17,192 nt of DNA, from the NCBI GenBank assembly GCA_046726415.1, contig JBKPAK010000136.1:1-17192 (forward strand), written 5' to 3'. Of this stretch, positions 7,585 to 15,600 are shown one piece after another. Each line of letters opens with the position of its first letter. Positions within the stretch are counted from its first letter, which is position 1. Both the position numbers and the translations under genes were made by a program. Below the pieces are notes generated by a model that made no database searches, was not told the DNA's origin, and saw only the letters and a program-made list of their open reading frames with translations. This DNA comes from Candidatus Methylomirabilota bacterium. GTDB taxonomy: Bacteria > Methylomirabilota > Methylomirabilia > Rokubacteriales > CSP1-6.

Positions 7585-8796
7585 TTATCTCAATTTGAGG
7601 GCGGCCGTCTTTCCCTCGCCGACGGGAACGAACTTGCCATTCTGGATTTGGATCAACGTCCCCTTCTTGATGGCATCACCCGCATGCTTGCCGTTGGCCA
7701 CGTCGACGATGGTGATCTTGCCATCGGCGCTGGTGAGACCCGAGAAGTCCTTGATCTGGGCCAGCGCATCGCGCACCTTTTTGCGATCGGCCTCCAGGGT
7801 TTTGGGCGTATTGGCGATATCGGCTTGCTTGATGGCCTGGGCCAGCATTTTCATGGCGTCGTAGCAGTTCGCGGCCGGCCAATGGGGCGTCTCATTGGGA
7901 ACCTTAGCGAGGAGTCGCCGAACATAGCTCTGGTTCAGTTCGGTCTTGGCGTCCTTATCGTAGGTTGCATTGTGGACGGCCCCTTCCGATGCTCGACCGG
8001 TGTTCTCGATGATGCGGGCATTCCCCAGCCCGACTCCCCCGACCCACAATACCTTCAGATCTTGCTTTTCCGCCTCCTTCATCATGTTGGCCGCTTCCAC
8101 CCAGGTGCCGCCCACGGCGATCATGTCGGGGCTTTTCGCCTTGATTTTCGTGATATGGGCGCTGAAGTCGGTATCCCCGGTGACGTAGTCCACGTCCTCG
8201 ACCACCTCGATACCGATCTGTTTGAGCCGGGGGCGGAACGTGTCATGCCCGAGGCTCTTCGAGTAAGCGTCCTTGATGTCCGTCAGAATCGCGGCTTTCT
8301 TCACCCAGGGATAGTTCTCCTTGATCCATTTGAGCGTCTGGGGGACGAGGACGTTCTCATCGACCGTGTTGCGGAAGGCCCACAGGTAAGGGGCGGACAC
8401 CCCCGGCTTGGTGGACGTGGGGGAAAAACACAGTATCTTGGAGCGCTCGCAGATGGGGAACACGGCCTCGGCCTCGGCGCTCCACTGCGGTCCGTGCGCG
8501 GCGATGATCTGGTCCTTGTCGATCAGCTGCCGCGCCAGCTGAATAGCCAGGGCATTGTCGCCCTCAGTGTCCTTGGTCACGATGGTGAGCTTTCGCCCGC
8601 CAATGCCGCCGGCGGCATTGATCTCTTCCACCGCCACTTCCGTGGCGGCACGGCTCTGGACCCCGTAGCTGGCCCCTTTCTTGGTCAGCGGCACCATGAA
8701 GCCGACGACGACCTCGTCGCCGAAGGCGTGCGCCAACCCGGGCAACGCCAGCAGGGCGACCAGGCCCCAGCCCAGGAGCATGTGGGATCTTGTCAT
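7585..8796 (-). CDS. ABC transporter substrate-binding protein, LivJ/LivK (Peripla_BP_6) family, 403 aa
   Basis: Sec signal peptide ending LAHA. Family motifs EEINAAGGIGGRKL, DTEGD, SPTSTKP, AFRNT, DTDFSAHITKIK, YDAMKML, FSGLT. Strong RBS GAGGAGG upstream. Confidence 0.93.
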   Translation of the reverse strand: MTRSHMLLGWGLVALLALPGLAHAFGDEVVVGFMVPLTKKGASYGVQSRAATEVAVEEINAAGGIGGRKLTIVTKDTEGDNALAIQLARQLIDKDQIIAAHGPQWSAEAEAVFPICERSKILCFSPTSTKPGVSAPYLWAFRNTVDENVLVPQTLKWIKENYPWVKKAAILTDIKDAYSKSLGHDTFRPRLKQIGIEVVEDVDYVTGDTDFSAHITKIKAKSPDMIAVGGTWVEAANMMKEAEKQDLKVLWVGGVGLGNARIIENTGRASEGAVHNATYDKDAKTELNQSYVRRLLAKVPNETPHWPAANCYDAMKMLAQAIKQADIANTPKTLEADRKKVRDALAQIKDFSGLTSADGKITIVDVANGKHAGDAIKKGTLIQIQNGKFVPVGEGKTAALKLR

Positions 8797-8895
8797 GGTG
8801 TCCTCCTCATCGTGGAAGACGGCGCATCGCTAGCAGAGCTTGAGCAACGATGGGCAAGCGCGTACCACCCCCTTTGCTTTGGCGTCCACCGTCGG

Positions 8896-9789
8896 TTACG
8901 CGGCGGTGGCCGGTCTGGGACGAAGCCACCGGCGCACGTTGAGAGTGTCCCGGCCCAAAATGCCCTGAGGGCGAAAGATCATCACCAGGATGACGATGAT
9001 GCCCCAGACTTCCCAGCGCCAATCGGCCAGGAACTGCAGAGCGGTCGACAGGTAGGTGATGATGAACGCGCCCAACAGGGGACCATAAAACACGTCCATG
9101 CCTCCTAACACCATGTACATGGCGATGTCGACGCCGCGCCGGAAGTCGAAGTTGTCGTACTGGATGAACACGGCGTGGTGGGCATACAGGGCGCCGCCCA
9201 CCCCGGCCACGAAGGCGCCCGCGGAAAAGGCCATGAGCTTGGCGCGTGTGACATCGACGCCCATGGCCTCGGCCGCGGTCTCGTCGAGTTTGACCGCTTC
9301 AAACGCCCGCCCCATTCGTGAGTGGCGCAGGCGAGCCAGGAAAATGACCAGGAGGGCGAGGAAGGCGTACACATACCACACCGTGGTGTAGGGAAAGATG
9401 CCTCGGATGCCTTCGGCGGCCCCCGTGGGCTTGAAATTGAGGAAAAAGACCTCGACCACCTGGGCAAAGGCAAACGTCACCAGGGCCAGGAGCAAGCCCC
9501 GCAAGCGAAGGACGGGAACACCGACCAGGAAACCCACGAGACCGGTCCCCACTCCCGCCACGAGGAGAGCGATCGGGAAAGGCACGCCGGCATAGAGGGT
9601 CAGCACCACCGCGACATGGGCTCCGATGGACATGAAGCCGGCTTGCCCGAAGGACAACTGCCCAACCGTCATGGGGAGGAACATGCTCAGCCCCATGATC
9701 ATGTTGATCCCGATGGTGATCAGATCCGCCTCTCCGAGAGTGAACAGACCGGTGACGATGCTCACGAGAGAGTCGATCACCACCCGCAC
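8896..9789 (-). CDS. livM: Branched-chain amino acid ABC transporter permease (LivM type), 297 aa
   Basis: GQLSFGQAGFMSIGA, PVLRLRGLLLALVTFAF, SRMGRAFEAVKLDETAAEAMGVD, VLGGMD..GPLLGA, RPQGILG. GTG start. Confidence 0.93.
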   Translation of the reverse strand: MRVVIDSLVSIVTGLFTLGEADLITIGINMIMGLSMFLPMTVGQLSFGQAGFMSIGAHVAVVLTLYAGVPFPIALLVAGVGTGLVGFLVGVPVLRLRGLLLALVTFAFAQVVEVFFLNFKPTGAAEGIRGIFPYTTVWYVYAFLALLVIFLARLRHSRMGRAFEAVKLDETAAEAMGVDVTRAKLMAFSAGAFVAGVGGALYAHHAVFIQYDNFDFRRGVDIAMYMVLGGMDVFYGPLLGAFIITYLSTALQFLADWRWEVWGIIVILVMIFRPQGILGRDTLNVRRWLRPRPATAA

Positions 9790-9799
9790 GGCGCGCCCT

Positions 9800-10714
9800 C
9801 TACCGACCCGCTTCGATTTGCAGGCGACTGCCGAACAGCCCGGACGGCTTGTAGAGGAGGATCAAGATGAGAATGCCGAACGCAAAGCCGTCCTTCCAGG
9901 CGGGGACGAGATAGGCCACGCTCATGGTCTCGATCATGCCGAGGATCAGCGCGGCCACCATGGCCCCCACGATGTTTCCGGACCCCCCAAAGAGCATGAT
10001 GGTCAACCCCTTGAGCCCCAGGCTGCCCCCCATCAGCGGAGTGATGTTATAGGCGAGCCCGATCAAGACGCCAGCTGCCCCCGCCAATGCCGAAGCGATG
10101 CCGAAGGTCCATATCGTGATCCAATGCACATTGACCCCCAAGAGCCGCGCGGTCAGGGTGTTCTCGGCACAGGCCCGCATGGCCATGCCCATCTTCGTCT
10201 TCTCGACGAACAGGTAGAGGCCCACCATCAGAACGAGGGAGGCACCAATGATGAACATCTGCACGAAGGTAATTCGGAAAGCGCCGAGTTGCAGATCGTG
10301 CGTCTTGAGTTGATCGAACATTCTGACGGGGAAGCTGCGCTGCTCGGAACCGAAGAGCTTGACCGCACCCTCTTGCAGCACGAAAGCCACCGCGATGGTG
10401 GTGATCAGGGGCGTGATGTGCAGCTGTTTGCGCCCGAGCGGACGAAAGGCGACGAGTTCCACCACGATCCCCACGATTCCCGCGCCGATCATGGCCCCGA
10501 TCAGGACCACCCAGACAGGCAGGACACCCACCTGTGACATGGCGATGAGCACCAGGGTGAGCCCGATATAGGAACCGATCATCGCGACTTCCCCGTGGGC
10601 CAAGTGCAGCAGATTGAGCACCCCGAAGATCAACGTATAGCCGATGGCGACCAGGGCGTAGCTGCCCCCCAGCATCAGCCCATTGAGGACCTGTTGGATT
10701 AAGGTCGCTAGCAC
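9800..10714 (-). CDS. livH: Branched-chain amino acid ABC transporter permease (LivH type), 304 aa
   Basis: QQVLNGLMLGGSYALVAIGYTLIFGVLNLLHLAHGE, TKMGMAMRACAEN, GGSGNIVGA, KPSGLFG. GTG start preceded by GGAGGGGG. Confidence 0.95.
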   Translation of the reverse strand: MLATLIQQVLNGLMLGGSYALVAIGYTLIFGVLNLLHLAHGEVAMIGSYIGLTLVLIAMSQVGVLPVWVVLIGAMIGAGIVGIVVELVAFRPLGRKQLHITPLITTIAVAFVLQEGAVKLFGSEQRSFPVRMFDQLKTHDLQLGAFRITFVQMFIIGASLVLMVGLYLFVEKTKMGMAMRACAENTLTARLLGVNVHWITIWTFGIASALAGAAGVLIGLAYNITPLMGGSLGLKGLTIMLFGGSGNIVGAMVAALILGMIETMSVAYLVPAWKDGFAFGILILILLYKPSGLFGSRLQIEAGR

Positions 10715-10829
10715 GTCCCCCCTCCAGGTGTGGCGTCCTCGGACGACGCCTCCTGGATCATCGCCCTGCGCTCGCCGGCAGGGTACCCATCACTCACCCA
10801 TGTCGCGCGGCAGCTCGCCGGCAGTGGGG

Positions 10830-10862
10830 CTTGTTCTAGCACAAGGGCCGTGGGTCAGTAAA
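10830..10862 (-). promoter_or_regulatory. Candidate liv-operon promoter with overlapping palindromic operator
   Basis: Minus strand TTTACT(10862-10857)-N18-TAGAAC(10838-10833) with a TG extension. The 16-bp near-palindrome CTTGTTCTAGCACAAG (10830-10845, one mismatched pair) overlaps the -10, about 115 nt upstream of livH. Confidence 0.4.
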
Positions 10863-11070
10863 CAGAGATTCTGCCCGACTTGGTGGCAGCACCAAGGAGC
10901 CGCCGTCCCGCGCGCCCATGGGCGCGTCCCTCCCTCGTCCGTGCGCATCTCGGCCGGACGACGGGGCCGTCAAGGCGGTCCGGCCGCCCCGCCGTGCGAT
11001 GAGCAGGTCGCGGCAGCTTGCCTCGAAGGACCATCGTCGGAGATGGTCTCGATGATCCCGCGAACGCGCC

Positions 11071-14000
11071 CTACTTTCCCACTTGTTTGGCCAATGCGTC
11101 GATCTTCTCCTGCACCGCCTGCAGATTGGCATCGTACTGGAGGGCTTGGCGGTACGCGGTGAGAGCCAGGGCGGTCTGCCCGAGCGCTTCATGACTAGCC
11201 CCGAGATTGACGTAGGCCACGGCGTACTCGGGGGCCTGCGCGATGGCCCGGTGATACGCGCTGAGCGCTTCACGATAGCGGTGCTGCTGGTGGTACACCA
11301 GGCCGAGATAATTGTAGGCGGAGGGGTTCGTCGGGCGGAGGGCGATGGCCCGGCGATAGGCAGCTTCGGCCTTGGCCGGCGCGCCCAGGGAGGTATAGGC
11401 CAGGCCGAGAAACAGATGGGCAGCGTCATGGCTGGGGTCGAGTGCGATGGCTTGTTGCAGGGTGGCCACCGCCGCCTCCGCTTCGTCGTTGCGAAGGTAG
11501 CGCAAGCCGAGCTGGTAGTAGCTCGGCGCGCTGCGGGGGTCGATCGTGACGGTCTGGTCCGAGCCCAGGGCCAGCACGACGGGCCGGCCCAGCTCGAGGG
11601 CACTCTTGATGGCGAGCTTCTCGTAGTTGTTGCGGGCCTCGGCGTTGCTCGGCTCCAGGATAAGCCCCTGACCGTAGGCACGCAGCGCCTCAGCCTCGCG
11701 CTCCTCCGCCTCGTAGTAGCGGGCCAGGGCGAAAAACGCCCCCGGCCAGTGCGGGGCGAGGGCAGTCACTTTTTCAAAGGACTCGATGGCGCGATCCCAG
11801 CGAGCATCACCGGCGTAGAGCTCGCCCAATCGCGCCTGCACGATAGGATCGGCGGGCCGCTCCTTGGCGCGTTGCAGGTGCTCGACCAGCTCGATGCTCT
11901 GGGCGACCAGGCGCGTGAGCTTGGAGTCGAGACGCCCCGCCTCCTTGTACGCGGCGATCGAGGCCTCGAAACGCTCCTGGGCCGCGTAGTTCACTCCCAG
12001 ATGGACGTACGCTGCCGCATGGTGCGGATCGGACGCTAGCACCTGCTGGAAGCGCCGGATCGCCTCATCGTAGTGCCCCTCGCTCCAGGCGATGTAGCCG
12101 AGCTTGCTGAGCCCTTTGATGTCGGCGGGATGGCGCGCCAGCGTGGCCAAGGCTTGCCGTTTGTGCATCGCTCCTATGCCCAGCGCAAACTTGATCCCTT
12201 CGTCCTGCGGGTCGAGCTTGAGCGCCTTGCGATACTCGCGCGTGCCCTCCTGTAACTGGCGTCGCCAGTTGGCCAGATAGCCCCGAACGATATAGCGGGA
12301 GATGCGCCGCTGTACGGCCAGGCGTTCGCGGGCGCGTCGCTGTTTCTCCGGGGGGTCGGTGTCGGGGAACACCAGGAGAGGAGTGACGTCGTCGGCAACG
12401 CGAGCCAACTCGGCGAGGTTCTCCTCCACCGGGTCGTGCCAGGAGACGCCGTAAAACTCCACGTACGGATGGTTGTAGCTATTCAGGCGCGCGCTTCCCG
12501 CCGTATAGCGCCGTAAGGTGTCCGCGCGCATGGTAAAGCTCTCCAGGAATTGCCACGGCGTGGCCACGTGCACTTCGGCCAGGTCGCGCTGGACGGCAGG
12601 GAGGCGAAATTGGGTTTCGAGTCGGGCCATGTCGATCTGCAATGGCTGGAGGGTGCCGAGGAGCAACGTATATCCTTTGAAGCGATTCAACCACAGGGTG
12701 GCATGAGGATAGACGTGCTGGAAGGTGCGGGCAATCATCTTCAGGCTGGCATTGTCCACCTGGTGATAGGGCAGCCACTGCACGAAAATTCCCCCCGGCT
12801 TCAGCACCTGTCGACTCAGCTCGTAGAATTCCCGGGTATACAGATTGCCATTTCCGGCGTGCTTGGGATCGAGGGTGTCGACCGACACCACGTCGTACGT
12901 GTGGGGCGTGACCAGGAGGTAGTTCCGCCCGTCGTCGATGATGACGCGCAGGCGCGGATCGGTGAGGACGCCGTGGTTCACCTCGGGAAAGAAGCCTGCT
13001 GCTCGGATCACGCCCGGAACGAACTCCACGATGTCGAGCTCTCGGAGCTCGGCATAGCGGGTGAGCGACCAGGCGGTACCGCCAGCCCCGAAGCCAATCA
13101 CCAGTACCCGGCGTGGGGCGGGGTGCAGGAGCATGGGCAGATGGGCAAGCATCTTCTGTACTTCGGGGTAGTCGTTGACCAACGCGACGTCGAGATTGGG
13201 CGTGCCGGTACCCGCTACCGACCAGCCGTTGATGCTCAACAGCTTGCGGTCGTAGATATCGGTCGCGACCTTCACCACGCCCGCGACATCCTCTTCGTAG
13301 CGCAGAACCTCCTTCTCCGGCTCCCCGGCGATATCGCTGAAGCGCAGGGCGGGCGTGCCGACCATCACGGCGACAAGAAGCCCCAGCACGCCGACATACA
13401 GCACCCCCAGGCGGAGGCGCGGGACAGAGGCCGATGCCAACAACGCAGCTCCCACGCTCGCACTGAGCAGTGCGGTGAGCCCCAAGCTGTGATGCATCCC
13501 CAGGACGGGTATAGCCACGAAACCGCTTACCCAGGCGCCCGCGATGGCGCCGAGCGTATTGACGGCATAGACCGTCCCGATGCTGCGGCCGACCGCGTGT
13601 GGTCCGGGCGCCACGATCTTGTTCGCTAAGGGAAAGGTCCCGCCCATGCACACCGTGGGCGGCAGAATCACCACGAAGGTCTTCAGAAAGGTAAGCCAGA
13701 GCGCGGTGCCCCAGTACGCGTTGCTGAATCCTTCCCACCAGGCGTCGAGACCATAAAAGAGGCGCCCGAGGATGGCGATGGTCAGCATCCCGTAGACACC
13801 GATGCCCAACTGCAGCGCGCCCAGCAGCGCCAGCACGTTTCCCCGGCCGTCGCTGAGCCGCGCGAAGAGAAGACTCCCGAGGGCCAGTCCGAAGAGGAAG
13901 GTCGTCAACATGGCGCTGAAGGCATACGTCGAGTTGCCGATGAAGAAGGTCAGGGCGCGGGTCCAGATCACCTCGTAGGACAGCGCCGTGAAGCCGGCCA

Positions 14001-14736
14001 GGGCAAAGCACCATAGGACGCGGTGCGCGATTCTCCTCTCGTAGACGACAACCGCCCGCGGCGCCTCGCCCGGCGTGCGCGCGGGGGGCTCCGGAGTATG
14101 GGGCTCCCCGGCCCAACGCTGTCCGACCCACACCGCCAGGGCAATCGCCACATTCAACACCGCGCCGATCCACACCGTCTGGGACAAGCCCAGGCGGCCA
14201 AGCAGCAGATAGCCGGCGGCAAAGCACCCCAGCACGGCGCCTCCCGTATTGAGCGCATAGAGGGTCCCCACCTTCCATCCCAGCGTGGCGCTGTTGCGCA
14301 CGATGTAACGGCTCATGACCGGTAAGGTCGCGCCCATCAAGGCCGTCGGTACGCAGAGCAGACAAAAGGCGAGGAGAAAGCGCACCACGCTAACCAGCCA
14401 AAAGGAGGCATGGAAATATTGGTGCAGCCGGACATACAGGGGCGTGAGGCTCTCCAATGCCACCGGCAACAGCACGGCGCTCAGCGCGATACCCATCTCG
14501 AGACCCGCGTAGAGGGCGAGGACGCGAGGGCAGCGATCGACATACCTGCCGATCCAGAAACTGCCCAGAGCCAGTCCGGCCATGAACGACGCCAGGACCG
14601 TGCTCACGGCCAGAACCGTATCGCCGAACAACAAGTGCAGCATGCGGGTCCAGGCCACTTCGTAGAGCAAGCCACTGATCCCGGACAGGAAGAAAAGGCC
14701 GAGCAGCACGCGCGGCCAGAGTCTTACCAGGGACAT
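11071..14736 (-). CDS. Fused MFS-like membrane domain / spermidine-synthase-like SAM-dependent transferase / C-terminal TPR array, ~1221 aa
   Basis: Two repeated membrane halves (SGISGLLYEVAWTR...LYALNTGGAVLG; AGFTALSYEVIWTR...VYAVNTLGAIAG). Rossmann-type motifs HLPMLLHPAPRRVLVIGFGAGGT, DIVEF, DDGRNYL, YDVVSVDTLDP, NLYTREFY..LKPGGIFVQW. About 9 TPR-like 34-aa units (~11080-12290). Start placed at ATG 14736, where the first TM segment begins. Confidence 0.9.
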   Translation of the reverse strand: MSLVRLWPRVLLGLFFLSGISGLLYEVAWTRMLHLLFGDTVLAVSTVLASFMAGLALGSFWIGRYVDRCPRVLALYAGLEMGIALSAVLLPVALESLTPLYVRLHQYFHASFWLVSVVRFLLAFCLLCVPTALMGATLPVMSRYIVRNSATLGWKVGTLYALNTGGAVLGCFAAGYLLLGRLGLSQTVWIGAVLNVAIALAVWVGQRWAGEPHTPEPPARTPGEAPRAVVVYERRIAHRVLWCFALAGFTALSYEVIWTRALTFFIGNSTYAFSAMLTTFLFGLALGSLLFARLSDGRGNVLALLGALQLGIGVYGMLTIAILGRLFYGLDAWWEGFSNAYWGTALWLTFLKTFVVILPPTVCMGGTFPLANKIVAPGPHAVGRSIGTVYAVNTLGAIAGAWVSGFVAIPVLGMHHSLGLTALLSASVGAALLASASVPRLRLGVLYVGVLGLLVAVMVGTPALRFSDIAGEPEKEVLRYEEDVAGVVKVATDIYDRKLLSINGWSVAGTGTPNLDVALVNDYPEVQKMLAHLPMLLHPAPRRVLVIGFGAGGTAWSLTRYAELRELDIVEFVPGVIRAAGFFPEVNHGVLTDPRLRVIIDDGRNYLLVTPHTYDVVSVDTLDPKHAGNGNLYTREFYELSRQVLKPGGIFVQWLPYHQVDNASLKMIARTFQHVYPHATLWLNRFKGYTLLLGTLQPLQIDMARLETQFRLPAVQRDLAEVHVATPWQFLESFTMRADTLRRYTAGSARLNSYNHPYVEFYGVSWHDPVEENLAELARVADDVTPLLVFPDTDPPEKQRRARERLAVQRRISRYIVRGYLANWRRQLQEGTREYRKALKLDPQDEGIKFALGIGAMHKRQALATLARHPADIKGLSKLGYIAWSEGHYDEAIRRFQQVLASDPHHAAAYVHLGVNYAAQERFEASIAAYKEAGRLDSKLTRLVAQSIELVEHLQRAKERPADPIVQARLGELYAGDARWDRAIESFEKVTALAPHWPGAFFALARYYEAEEREAEALRAYGQGLILEPSNAEARNNYEKLAIKSALELGRPVVLALGSDQTVTIDPRSAPSYYQLGLRYLRNDEAEAAVATLQQAIALDPSHDAAHLFLGLAYTSLGAPAKAEAAYRRAIALRPTNPSAYNYLGLVYHQQHRYREALSAYHRAIAQAPEYAVAYVNLGASHEALGQTALALTAYRQALQYDANLQAVQEKIDALAKQVGK

Positions 14737-14741
14737 GGAGG

Positions 14742-14948
14742 CTACAGTCGCCAGGTCGGCATCTCGCAGGCCATCCAGCGCGGGCGTGCCCTTCCCGGGA
14801 TGGCGCCCATCGACACCGCCTCTGTCTCCACCGTCGCGGCCTGCCGCGGCACGCAGATCACCTCCCCGGCGGTAGATCCGAGGGCATTGCTCCACGGAGA
14901 ATCGTCGGCGACGTCGCGCCGCTCGACCTCTTGGAGCCTCAGGTCCAT
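14742..14948 (-). CDS. Small orphan peptide ORF, 68 aa (candidate precursor or partner peptide)
   Basis: ATG 14948 has GGGAGG (14961-14956) 7 nt upstream. 58 of 68 codons end in G/C (hand count). The TAG stop lies 5 nt before the ATG of the fused transferase. Sequence: MDLRLQEVERRDVADDSPWSNALGSTAGEVICVPRQAATVETEAVSMGAIPGRARPRWMACEMPTWRL. Confidence 0.72.
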   Translation of the reverse strand: MDLRLQEVERRDVADDSPWSNALGSTAGEVICVPRQAATVETEAVSMGAIPGRARPRWMACEMPTWRL

Positions 14949-15409
14949 TGCCCAACCTCCCGGAGTGATCGGGCTCAGCTTCGAGGGCGTGATTTTAGCG
15001 CAGGTCGCGTCCACGCGCGTGCCTGAGTAGGGCGCGGACCGGCTCCGGTCGTGATCGCTCGTCGACAGGAAGGGTGATGCCTGCGGTGATCCTCTCCCGT
15101 GCGCCTTTTCTCGGCGTATACCACACCGCCCCTCCCGCCTCGCTATTCCTCCTATCCGCTGCCCTCCCCGCGCGGGGTGTCCGCCCTGAGGATTCCAGCG
15201 CCGAGTTTCGCGACACGGAGACAACCCCTCCTCATATCCCGGAGGGGGCCGTGAAGCCCAGCTTGATAAGTCAGTGAACTGCCATCAGGTCCCTGATAGT
15301 CGCGATGTCGACCGGATGGCGTTCTGATGGCATGAAAGTGCTGCGCCTCCGCGCGCGGACGGTTACCGTGTGCGTGGGTGAAACACTCGGCGGCGTCAGC
15401 CGCGAGAGG

Positions 15410-15600
15410 AGACTTTCTCTGGTTCAGGTCAAGCGATTTTTTTCTGACGCGTCGGCAGCTGCTGGCGTGTCATGGTCGCCAGGTGGTGGTGCTCGTCGTA
15501 CGGGACCTGGCGTTCCCACATGACGAAGATGATCTTCAGCCATTTTGCGCCCAGCGCCCGGAGTGCCCGGTGATGAGAGTGCCCCCGGGCGCGCTGCATC
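15410..15600 (-). mobile_element. IS110-family transposase 3' remnant with probable right end
   Basis: QRARGHSHHRALRALGAKWLKIIFVMWERQVPYDEHHHLATMTRQQL...KKIA* (stop 15431-15429) resembles the C-terminus of IS110 recombinases. The stop overlaps TTGACC and is followed by TGAACCAGAGAAAGTCT, a -35-like box plus a CT end. All upstream transposase sequence is missing. Confidence 0.75.

Noticed and set aside
8854-8867. sigma54-like TGGTACGCGCTTGC on the minus strand upstream of the SBP gene
   Set aside because: GG-to-GC spacing is 9 nt; sigma54 requires 10.
10952-11048. GC-rich stems after the TPR gene (GGCCGGAC/GTCCGGCC; GACCATC/GATGGTC) as a terminator
   Set aside because: No U-tract follows, and stems of 7-8 bp are common by chance at this GC content.
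652-14365. Long alternative-frame and antisense ORFs (e.g. 652-2355, 1230-2384, 3087-4481, 6704-7864, 7648-9108, 12479-14365)
   Set aside because: Shadow ORFs expected in high-GC coding DNA; no recognisable motifs, and they lie over well-supported genes.
14742-14948. Faint resemblance of PWSNALGSTAGEVICVPRQA to the quinohemoprotein amine dehydrogenase gamma subunit (QhpC)
   Set aside because: Lacks the CWWP/CTQ motif and the multiple Cys needed for thioether bridges; no radical SAM or qhp genes in the window.
14737-14955. N-terminal extension of the 1294-aa ORF call
   Set aside because: The translation is Arg/Gly-rich and looks off-frame; another frame here has an RBS and high GC3 and explains the region better.
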